From the human T2T-CHM13v2.0 reference genome, Homo sapiens: 64,000 bases of DNA. The notes beneath the pieces are model-generated. The model saw nothing but the letters and a program-made list of their open reading frames with translations. It had not been told where the DNA came from and searched no databases. The stretch is taken from assembly GCF_009914755.1 (NCBI RefSeq), contig NC_060932.1. The stretch is one strand, 5' to 3'. The position numbers and the translations under genes were made by a program. Below are positions 44,601-56,052 of the stretch, in pieces. Numbering within the stretch: position 1 is the stretch's first letter; every line of letters starts with the position of its first letter.

Positions 44601-45441
44601 TTACTTTAAAAAAGATACTAATTATAATACCCAGGACAACTACTATGAATGTAACTAAAAACATGTATAGTAAAAGAAATAACAAGGGAATTAAGATTAT
44701 ACACCAGAAAATATTTATCACAAAAAAGGCAATAATGGATGAATAAAGGAATAAAACATAAAAAATGAATGGAAAACAAATAGAAAAATTACTTACATAA
44801 ATCTTACCTTATCAGTAATTACATTGAATGTAAATAAATTGAACATTTTAATTAAAAGACAGAACTACATTTTGTAAAAAAAAAAAACAAAACAAAACAT
44901 GATCCAACTTTATGCCAGGTACAAGAGACTCCCTTAGATTAAAAGACACAAATAGATTGAAAGTTAAAATATGGGGAAAATATACCATGTAAACAGTAAC
45001 CAAAAGAGAGATGAAGTGGCTATACTAATATCAGAGAAAACAGACTTTAAAATATGATGGTAAAAGACTCAATCCAGCAAAAAGATACAACAATATACAT
45101 ACATATGCACCTAACAACATGAAGCAAAACTGACAGACTTGAAAGGAAATGAAAATAAGTCAACAATAATAGTTGGAGACTTCAATATCCCACTTCTAAT
45201 AACAGAACAACCAGACAAAAAATCAGCAAGAAAACTGAATACTTGAACAACATTATAAACCAACTAGACCCAACAGACATGGATGAACCTTGAAAACACT
45301 ATGCTACACTTTTTCAAACAAAAAGTCACACATTATGTGATTCCATTTATATAGATTGTTTAGAACACAGAGTACAGAGAGTATATTAGCAGTTTCTGGG
45401 AGTTGTGGGGAGGAGAAAAAGGGAAGTGACTACTAATAAGA

Positions 45442-45736
45442 TTTTTTTTTTTTTTGAGATGGACTCTCACTCTGTCACTAGGCTGGAGTGTGCAGTGGTG
45501 TGATCTCGGCTCACTGTAACCTCTGACTCCCTGGTTCAAGCGATTCTCCCGCCTCAGTCTCCTGAGTAACTGGAATTACAGGCACGCGCCACCATGTCCA
45601 GCTAATTTTTGTATTTTTAGTAGAGATGGGGTTTCATCACATTGGCCAGGATGGTCTCCATCTCCTCACCTCACGATCTGCCTGCCTCGGCCTCCCAAAG
45701 TGCTGGGATTATAGGTGTGAGCCACCACGCCCGGCC
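45442..45736 (-). mobile_element. AluS
   Basis: Reverse Alu with TSD ataagat. Confidence 0.95.
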
Positions 45737-46671
45737 ATAAGATCTCTTTTGAGGGTGATAAAAATGTTCTGGAATTTGATAGTGGTAATGTTTGCACAAC
45801 AGTCTGAATATACTAAATACGACTAAATTATAAGCTTTAAAGGGGTAAAATTTTATGATATATAAATTAAATCTCAATAAAAATTATATGAAGTTGGGAG
45901 TTCGTTGTGTCTTAACACACCTTCAGCTATTTTCACTTGTGGATTATCTAGAAATACACCATGTATTATTCAAGACTTCTGAGGGTGCTCCATTACCAAT
46001 TCATTACTTTATACTAGATGTTGCTGTCCCAGAGTTCTCTTTTAAAACATATATCAATTGCCTTAAGGGTAATTGCCATACGAAGTCTCTAACTCCCTCA
46101 TGTGAGTGGATTTTTAGTCCCCAGAGAATGGGCAGAGCATGGGCAAAGAATGGGACACCAGCTTTTTCAGGCTCAGGACTCCATTTAGCCCGGAGGGGAG
46201 GAGAAAGAAACATTCCTATCTCCAATTATCAGATAACTCTGTGCCCTTAGAAATGAGTTTTAACCTTTCTAAGCATTTCCTTGTAATTTGCTAAGCGAAA
46301 CTAATATTAATTGCCATTCATGTGTCACTGGAGTTTCGCTAAAATTTATGAGATATTAAGCCTGAGTCAACCAAGCTGGGAAGGGCAGTAATGGGGCCCA
46401 GCAGGGAAGGATGAAGAATGGAAAAGAAAGACAGAAGAAAAACCACTTTCTCTTTATCCACAAAATAATACTTGTTTGGCCCACATCATAGGGCTACTGC
46501 AAGGATCAAAGGATGTTGTGTCTGTGTAAGTGCTTTGCATCCACAATATGCCACACAAATGAGAGGAATCATTACTGTTTAATGAGCTAGAGAAGCAGTT
46601 CACTACATTATTAGTGGTCTGAGTTACTGTTCAGTTCTCACGTGCAGGATCTTTCCCAAATTTTTCATAGA

Positions 46672-46869
46672 AAAAATTGGTCTTTAAATGATTGGTGTGT
46701 TATAAATATGAAATAATAGCATTGTCATTAATGATTATAAATTATTCAGCAACTGTGACTGAATTACATAAAAAATTTGTCTTTAAAAGATTGGTATGTT
46801 ACAAATATGAAATAATAGCATTGTCATTAATGATTATAAATTATTCAGCAACCGTGATTGAATGACATA
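46672..46869. repeat. 99-bp tandem duplication (2 copies)
   Basis: Two diverged copies share an identical core aaatatgaaataatagcattgtcattaatgattataaattattcagcaac. Confidence 0.9.
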
Positions 46870-47092
46870 TCAACAAAAGTCTAAAGTACATAATCAAACG
46901 TTCTCAATATGTTGACAGAATTTGAGCAGAATCAAGACAAAGATTTAAAAGCACTTTGTTAATGGGAAAATGGCAAATAAATGCCAGTTATTATAATTAA
47001 TTGAACTAAGAAACTTTTATTCATTTTAATTTTTAAGCTCATCTTGAAAAATATTAACCAATTTCTAATGCAGTCCCATGACAGTATTTATT

Positions 47093-47106
47093 GTGCCATC
47101 TGCTGG
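47093..47106 (-). promoter_or_regulatory. Candidate CTCF binding site
   Basis: The minus strand reads CCAGCAGATGGCAC, a full match to the CCASYAGRKGGCRS core. Confidence 0.55.
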
Positions 47107-48030
47107 AAGTTTCTGAAAAATTGATGAGGTGAAGATGAACAAAATGATAAACGGCACAGCACATTGTATTTTAAGTACACATATTCCTATTCTTCACATA
47201 TTAAAATGAATGTAGGTTAAGTTCCTGGCATGCATTTCTTGTATTAATATTTGCTATGTAAAACATTTTAATGCTAAATAAATGAATGTGTGTCTTGAAT
47301 TACAGCATCATCATTCACTCATTCACCAATATGTTTTGAGTTCTTGCTGTCTCTGCCAGGCCCTGTGCTAAGAACCAAGCATGCAAGGAGGTATAAGTCA
47401 CTGTCCCTGCTCACATGGCATTTAGGGCCTCCATTTGGTGGGGGAGAAGACAGATTCACAAACAACTAATGTAACACACTGGAAAACAAAAGCTCCATGG
47501 GGGAAACTGAGGAGGGGCCTCTCAAATCCAAGGGATGGTAGTTTTTTCCACAAAATATTGAAATCCACTATCTTTGCATAATTGGGGGAAAGAGAGAAGA
47601 ATTATGGAAGAAAAATCAAACTAAGGAAATGAAGCCACCAGGCAAGTAGAAAATAAAGGTATAAAGAAAACAAAACTTTCTCCAAGCCTGTGAAACATCA
47701 CAGGTGTCAAGCAGTCTCCGTGATCATCAGATTAGATTTAAATTAGTCTAGCCTTCTGCCTATTAAATGCACCATAGATTTCAATACAGAATATATAAAC
47801 TCTGCAGACCAATATATTTATGATGAAACCCCAACATAATTTGCCCTACAATGAATTCAGACATAAGACAACTGTAATGAGCTTTCATCTTACTCAGCAG
47901 GCTCATCCCAATCAGTTTGCCAACCCCACAAAAATGCAATCCTGCATTTTACATGACTGAAATTTTTGGACCCCACCCAGGGAGCTTTAGTGGGGACTAA
48001 CAGGTAGGTGTAATAAAAGTTATCTTTAGA

Positions 48031-48228
48031 CCAGTGGTTCACAAACTTCAATGTGCATAAAAATCACCTGGAGAGCTTCTTAAAATGCCGATTGCTGTCC
48101 CCTTCACCCCCAACCCCGAGAGTTTCTTATTCAGAAGGTCCTAGGCATCCTCTGAGAATTTGCATTTCTAACAAGTTCCCAGGTAATGTTGATGCTGCTG
48201 GTCCAGAGACTACACTTGAGAACTACTC
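48031..48228. mobile_element. MER5A hAT MITE
   Basis: cagtggttcacaaactt ... atttgcatttctaacaagttcccagg ... ttgagaactact. Confidence 0.85.
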
Positions 48229-51200
48229 CCTCAGACTATGGCAACACAAAGGAAACAAAGACAAAATATTCATCAGCTTTATAAGCCTTTTAAAATAACT
48301 TATGGTGGTTTGTTCTGATTTTAAAAGAAATACAGGGTATATTGAAAAAACTGAAAAATAGAGACAATTACAAAGAAGAAAAGGAAAATCACTTAAAATT
48401 TCAACACCCAGAAATAACCACTATAAACATTTAGTATCTTTTGTTCCATATTTCTTTTGATGTGTGTATGTCCACACTTATACAGAATTGAACTCATTCG
48501 GTGTACATAATTTTGGCATCTGATTTTTTCTTTGAGTATCCTATTTTGAGCATATTCCATATTATCTAAAAATTAGCCAATAGAGAGTACATCAATGATC
48601 AGGAAATTGCCTTGAGCAGCTAGGGTTTAAAACATGGGACCTCTGAAAAACGGGTAGAACACACCACAGACTTGACCCATTCAGGAGGCAAGGAAGCTGG
48701 GGAATTTATCTTATATTTTTTCTTTGTCATTAGTTGAGGACCAGTGCTTCCAAGACTATTAACTTTTCAATACTGCTGGCCTTCCAATGCTTGGCCAAGA
48801 GAAAGCCCTAAGAAAGTCGCAGGTGCTTCCAATAGGATGCCACTGGTAGGTAAAGGAATGATGAGTAAGTATGGATAGGCTATGGGCGGGTAATCAATAA
48901 CAGCTGCTACAGGCAACACATCTAGAGTGAGGATGAAGCCTCCCACAGAGAGGACTTTGAGAAGCACATCCATCTAGTCTTCTATTACGTTCATTTGTTT
49001 TTTAAAATATCAGTCCTATTATTAAACAGTTACATCTTGCATTCTTTCTATTGAAACAGTTTTTATAGAGATTGTCTTTCAGGAGATGTTCTTATGAACT
49101 AAGCCTTACATCCTGCTGTACTCGTGGCTTGGAAATGAAGGACCCTCCATCAGCTTGCTCTGACCCCATACCTTCCAGCATTCCTTCATGCTGCATTATT
49201 TTCTGTAGTAGTTCAGCGTATCTTAGACTGCCTGTGGTTGTCTCCATTTTAGCTCTCTTTCTACAGGTGGTAGAGTTTTCTGAGATTAATGTATTCCACT
49301 TTTCTCCAAATCGTTTAAGCTGTCTTCCAGTCAGTACCACCTCACTATGGGTAGGGCAGCTCCAAGCTGTTTCCATGTTTATCTTCTTAGTGTGATTTTA
49401 GGGATGCTGAAAATCTTGCCTGCCCCAAATTCTGGCCTGGTAGAGACAGCCTGTAAGAGAGTTCATGGGAACAGTTATATCTAGGGGCCAGTTATTCTAT
49501 AGCAATTCCCTTTTGGAGTCCCTGAGCTGTCAAGAAAGTCTTAGCTGAGCTATGGGAAGTTAAAAGGAGAATCCATGCATGTGGGAAACGAGAGTCAGAG
49601 TTCCCTGGGGGCACTGTGGTGGTGACAGCTGTGATGAATGTGAGATTCCTAAGGGAAAGGAAGATCTCAGAGGACAGGAGATAGGGCTCTAACATCGGCT
49701 GCCTTTCAGTGTCAATTTCCCACCCACCAATAGCTTTAGAGGATGACAGTGTGGTTTTATTGAGGAAGATGATAGTTCCTTCTATGTGTACTGAACATCA
49801 TAGGCACATGAACTAAACAATGGATAGTAAATGAATCTCCAAAAGCAAGAGATGAGTTCCCTTGCTCAAGGAAGTGATACTGGACCAGCCTTAGCCACCA
49901 TTAAAGGAGCACTAGAGAATGGTAGAAGAGCAGTAATAGACCACTCAGGCATTGAGGATAGAAAGGGTTATACTTGCTTGAGTTCAAACCACTTTGAGAT
50001 CCTCAATAATAACTGTGTCTCTTATATAAGGCTCAGCAGTATTCTTCTATGAAAAATAAGCAAGTCACATAAACCCTCTGAAGCCAAGGCTTCATCATAC
50101 ATAAAATGGATGTTGGGACTATACTAGGTCCTATAAATGGCATCCATATTTCCCATTCAAGTTCAAAACCAATCATGAGATAGCCAAAGAGGTCAGATAG
50201 CTAGAAACTACAATGCCAACTTTATTACTAAAAGAGCTGATACTGGAAAACCTGGGCTTAGGTGCACAGCAACAGTGGGCTTCCTAATACTGCATGCTAG
50301 AATTGGGCAGGCATATTCACCCAGTCACTGGCTCAGATGGACAGCAGAGACCTCTTCATTCCTTCCTTCAGGCATGGAGAGGCAGGAGTAAATGCACACT
50401 AGCTGTTGGTGGGCAGATTTGACAGAGACAAAGACAGAAATGGGAGAGAAATAGGAGAGAAATGGATCAACAGTGCTTGTAAAGATCTTTCTTCCAAACT
50501 CTTCCTGTAGGGAATAGAAAGTTACTGGGTGTATTGTACTAATGAAAGCTTCTCTGCCTGGAGACAGGCAGAGTAATAGGAATAAGCAATCATCCTCTCC
50601 AATAAGGATAATCCTACTTACTTGGCAGAGTTTGCTGCAAGGCTTAAATGAGGTAAAATCACATTCGTGGTTCATCACATGGGCTTAAGCTTCCGACAGC
50701 TCTGAATTTGGAACCATGCTCTGTAACTATTAGCTGGCCTTGGCAGAATACTAAACTCTTTAGCCTCAGTTTCCTAATAAATAAAATGAACATAATAATT
50801 GTTTATTTCAGAAGGTTGTCTTAAGAATCGACAAAGAGCATTTAGCACAGAGCTGGGCACATAAGAACTCCATACCTACTAGATATTTAATCATATTAAG
50901 GCATGTAACACAGTATCTAGCACATGGGCTTACTAAATAGCAGTGGTGGTGGTAATTATTGTTGTTACTTTTATTGGCCTAGAATTGTTCCTAGGCCTCC
51001 TAAAATGCTATTATTTTCTAGGAAAGGAGGTCTTTTCAGTACTGTTGTTAAGACTACTTTCATTGGTTTTGACTTCTAACTTCAACACAGCCCTACTTGC
51101 AAGGAGTCTATAGAAACTATCAGCTGAGTCAGGACCATTTCCTGAGCCTTTCCCAACACCTCTGCTATTTAGAGGTCAGATGTCAGCTGCAACTCAAGAA

Positions 51201-52126
51201 AAAGATGCCCATATTAGGAGAACTCTCAGATCCCCATGGAGCTACATTGCCCAGCACCATCTGTGTTGGTTTCATGCTGTTAACACTCATCAATTCCCAA
51301 TTGACAGCAGCACTGGTTCTATTCCAGTAATTGTGACAAAGAACATAATACTCAGAAACTCCAGGGGCAAAGAGATGTATGTGTTCACTTAGTGTGGATA
51401 AGGGATTTTTGCTCTCTAAACTACCAGAGATCTAATAAACATTCCTTGAACCTGTGATACAGTGTCCTATATCCAACTGTCTCACAATCTCTTACTTTTG
51501 TTAAAACAGCTTTACTAAAATATAATTCACATACCATATAATTCACCCATTTAATTGTTTTAGTAGAAACACAAGGTTGTGCAACCATCATCACAATCTA
51601 ATTTTAGAACATTTTTGTCTCCCCTGAAAGAAACCCAGTGTCCATCAGCAGTAATCTCCATTCCCCTGTTAGGCCCTCTCTAGCCCCACACAAATGCTAA
51701 TATATTTTCTGTCATTATACATTTTCTTATTCTGAACATTTTATATAAATGGCCACATATAAAATGTGGTCTTTTGGCTCCTTTCACCTAGCATAATGTT
51801 TTCAAGGCCCATCTATGTTGCAGCGTGTGTTAGAACTTCATGCCTTTTTATGGCCAGATAATATTCCATTGTATGAGTATTCTACATGTTATTTATCCAT
51901 TCACCAGTTGATGAAAATTTGGGTTGTTCCTACTTTTTTTGGCCGTTCTGAATAATGCTGCTCTGAACATTTGAGTACAACTTTTTGTGTAGACATAGGT
52001 TTTTAATTTCTCTTGGATAAAATTTCTGGGTCATTTGATAACCTTAATTTTTTAAAGAATTGCCAAATTGTTATAGAAAGCAATTGCTACATTTTACATT
52101 CCTACCAGCAAAAATGAGCATCCCAG

Positions 52127-54525
52127 TGATATAATTTGGCTCTGTGTTCCCACCCAAATCTCATGCTGAATTGTACTCCAGTGTTGGAGGAGGGGTCTGG
52201 TGGGAGGTGACTGAATCATGGTTGGGGGATTTCCCCTGTGCTGTTCTCATGATAGTGAGTTCTCACAGAATCTTGTTGTTCAAAAGTGTGTAGCACCTCC
52301 CCACTTTGCTCTCTTCCCCTTCCTCTAAACATGTAGGACATGTCTGCTTCACCTTCACCTTCTGCTATATTCTAAGTTTCCTGAGGCCTCCCCAGCCATG
52401 CTTCCTGTACAACCTGTGGAACCATGAGCCAATTAAACCTCTATAAATTATCCTATTACAAGAAGTTCTTTTTAGCATTGTGAAAATGGACTACTATAGA
52501 AAATTGGCAACAGAGAGGTGAGTCATTGTTATACATATACCTGAAAATGCAAAAGCAATTTTGGAACTGGGTAACAGGCAGAGGTTGGAACAGTTTGGAG
52601 GGGTCAGAAGAAGAAAGGAAGATGAAGTAAAGTTTGGAGCTTCCTAGAGACTTGTTAAATTGTGACCAAAATGCTGACAGTGAAATGGACAATAAAGTCC
52701 AGGCTGAAGTTGTCTCAGATGGAGATGAGGAACTTATTAGGAATGGAGCAAAGGTCACCTTTGCTATGCTTTAGCAAAGAGACTGGTGGCATTGTGCCCA
52801 TGCTCTAGGGATCTTTGGAACTTTGAACTTGAGAGTGATGATTTAGGGTATATGGCAGAAGAAATTTTTAAGCAGCAAAGTATTCAAGAAGTGACCTGGC
52901 TGCTTCTAATATGGTCGTATGCATGAGCAAAGAGATGATCTACAACTGGAACTTGTATTTTAAAGGGAAGCAGAGCATAAAAGTTTACAAAATTTGCAGC
53001 CTGACCATGTGATAGAAAAGAAAAATCCATTTTCTGGGGAGGAATTCAATCCAGCTGCAGAAATCTGCATAAGTAAAGAGGAGCCAAATGTTAACAGCCA
53101 AGATAATGGGGAAAAGAACTGGAAGGCATTTCAGACCTTCACAGCAGCCTCCCTGCCACACAGGCCCAGAGGCCTAGGAGGGAAGAGTAGTTTCAGAAGT
53201 CAGGCCTGAGGCCCTGCTGCCCTGTGCAACCTCAGGACATTTCTCCCTACGTCCCAGACAGTTCAGATCCAGCCTTGGCTTAAAGGGCCCCAGATACATC
53301 TCAGGCCACACTGCTCCAGAGGGTGCAAGTCATAAACCTTGGTGGCTTCCATGTGGTATTAAGCCTGCAGGTGTGCAGAGGACAAGAGTTGAGGCTTGGG
53401 AGCCTTCATCTGGATTTCAGAAGCTATATAGAAACATCTGGATGTCCAGGCAGAAGTCTGCTGTGGGGGTGGAGCCCTCATGGATAACCTCTTCTAGGGA
53501 AGTGTGGAGGGGAAATGTGGGGTTGGAGTTCCCACACAGAGTCCCCACTGGGGCACTGCTCCTCTGTGAGGAGAAGGCCACAATCCTCCAGACCCCAGAA
53601 TGGTAGATCCACTGACAACCTGCATCATGTGTCTGGAAAAGCCACAGACACTCAACACCAGTCCATGAAAGCAGCCCTGGGGACTGTACCCCACAGTGGC
53701 ACAGGGGTGGAGGTGCCCAAGGCCTTGAGAGCCCACCCCTTGCATCAGTGTGGCCTGGCTGTGAGACATGAAGTCAAAGGAGATTATTTTGGAGCTTTGA
53801 GATTTAATGACTGCCCTACTGGATTTCAACTTGCATGGGCCTGGTAGCCCCTTTGTTTTAGCCAATTTTTCTCCCTTTTGGAATGGGAGCATTTTCCCAA
53901 TGTCTGTACCCCCCATTGTATCTTGGAGGTAACTAACTTGTTTTGATTTTACAGGCTCATAGGCAAAAGGGACTTGCCTAATCTCAGATGAGACTCTGGA
54001 CTTAGGCTTTTGAGTTAATGCTGGAATGAGTTAAGACTCTGGGGGACTGTTGAGAAGACATGATTGTGTTTTGAAATGTGAGAAGAACATGAGATTTGGG
54101 AGGGGCTGGGGGCAGAAAGATATGATTTAGCTCTGTGTCCCCACCCAAATCGCATGTCAAATTGTAATCTCCAGTGTTGGAGGAGGGGCCTGGTGGGAGG
54201 TGACTGGATCATTGGGGCGGATTTCCTCTTTGCTGTTCTCACGATAGTGAGTGAGATCTAATGAGATCTGGTTGTTTAAAAGTATCTAGCACCTCCCCAT
54301 TCACTCTCTTCCTCCTGCTCCAGCCATGTAGGGCATGTCTGTTTCCCCTTCACCTTCTGCCATGACTGTAAGTTTCCTGAGGCCTCTCCAGCAATGCTTC
54401 CTGTACAGCCTGTGAAACCATGAGCCAACTAAACCTCTTTTCTTTATAAATTACCAAACCTCTTTTCTTTATAAATTACCTTGTCTCTGTAGTTCTTTAC
54501 AGCAGTATGAGAACAAGCTAGTATA
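52127..54525 (+). mobile_element. Full-length MST MaLR element (LTR 52127-52498, internal ~52499-54117, LTR 54118-54525)
   Basis: Two similar LTRs flank a ~1.6 kb MaLR internal region. A polypurine tract precedes the 3' LTR. Confidence 0.9.
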
Positions 54526-55865
54526 CACATTTTCTCCACATCCTCACCAACATTTGTTATTGTCTTTTTTTTCTCATAACCATACTAGCATGTGTGAAGT
54601 GGAATTTTGTTTTAGTTTTTATTTCCATTTTCCCAATGATGTTGAGCATCTTTTCATGTGTTTATTGGCCATTTATATATCTTCTTGGGAGAAATTACTA
54701 TTTAAGTACTTTCCTCATTTTTTACCAGGTTATTTGTTTTATTGTTGAGTTGTAAGAGTTTTCCATATGTTCTTGATACAATAACCTTATTAGACACGTG
54801 ATTTCCAGATTTCTCCCATTCTGTCAGTTATTTTTCATTGTCTTCATACTTTCTTTGAAGCACAAAAGGCTTTAATTTTTCGGTAGTCCAATTTATTTAT
54901 TTTTCTTTGGTTTCTTGTGCTTTAGGTGCAATATCTAAGAAACCACTGCCTAACCCAAGTTCATAAAGATTTACTCCTATACTTTCTTCTAAGAGTTTTA
55001 TAGCTTTAGCTTTTACATTTAGGTCTTTGATGCATTTTGAGTTAATTTTCGTGTATGATGTGAATAAAGGTCTACATCCATTCTTCTGCATGTGGATATC
55101 CTTTGCAGAAAAGACTATTCTTTCACCTATTGATGTCAAAACTAAACTAACCAGGGATTTATGAGTTTATTTCTGGACTCTCCATTCTATTCCATTGATC
55201 TATATGTCTATCCTTATGCCTATAACACACAATCTTGATTACTTGAAGTTTGTGATAAGTTTTGGAATCAGGAGTGTGAGTACTCCAAATTTGTTCTTTT
55301 CATGTCATTATTGTTTTGGCTATTCTAGATATCTTTCATTTCCATATGAATTTTAGGATCAGGTTTTCCATGAGGTGTATACCATAAGTTTCCATATATT
55401 ATGTTTTGTTTTCATTCATCTTGAATATTTTCTAATTTTCCTTGTGATTTTTTTCTTCAAACCATGGTTAATAACATGTTGTTTAATTTTTACATATTTG
55501 CCAGTTTCCCATGTCTGTTATTGATTTCTAATCTAATTCCACTATGATTGGAAAAGATACTTGGTATTATTTCATTCTCCTTAAATTTATTGAGGTTTGT
55601 TTTGTGACCTACCATATAGTCTATTATGTTCCATGTTCACTTGAGCAAAATGTGTATTCTGTTGTAAATGTGTATTCTTGAGCAAAATGTTGATGGAGTG
55701 TGTCCTATATATCTCTGTTAGGTCAGGTTGGTTTATGGCCCCATTCAACTCTTTCATCTCCTTATTGATCTTCTGCCTCATTTTTCTATCCATTATTGAA
55801 ACTGGAGTATTGAAATCTCCAACTATTATTGGGAATTCGGGGGGAGGTTTTATTGTCATTATTGT

Positions 55866-56052
55866 TGTTTTGAGACAGGATCTCACTGTGTTGCCCAGAC
55901 TGTAGTGTAGTGACCATTATAGTCCACTACAGCCTTGAACTCCTGGGCCCAAGTGATCCTCCTGCCTCAGCCTCCCAAGTAGCTGGAACTATAAATGCAC
56001 ACCACCAAGCCCAGTTTATTGTTTTTTGTAGAGATGGGGTCTTGCTATGTTG
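55866..56052 (-). mobile_element. Truncated AluJ
   Basis: Right arm plus part of the left arm, abutting L1 ORF1-like sequence. Confidence 0.8.

Noticed and set aside
53494-53916. 140-aa ORF in the MST internal region
   Set aside because: It is antisense to a decayed MaLR internal sequence whose sense frame is broken by stops.
54897-55886. ORFs with L1 ORF2 similarity
   Set aside because: They are short interrupted remnants of an old L1 and cannot encode a working retrotransposon.
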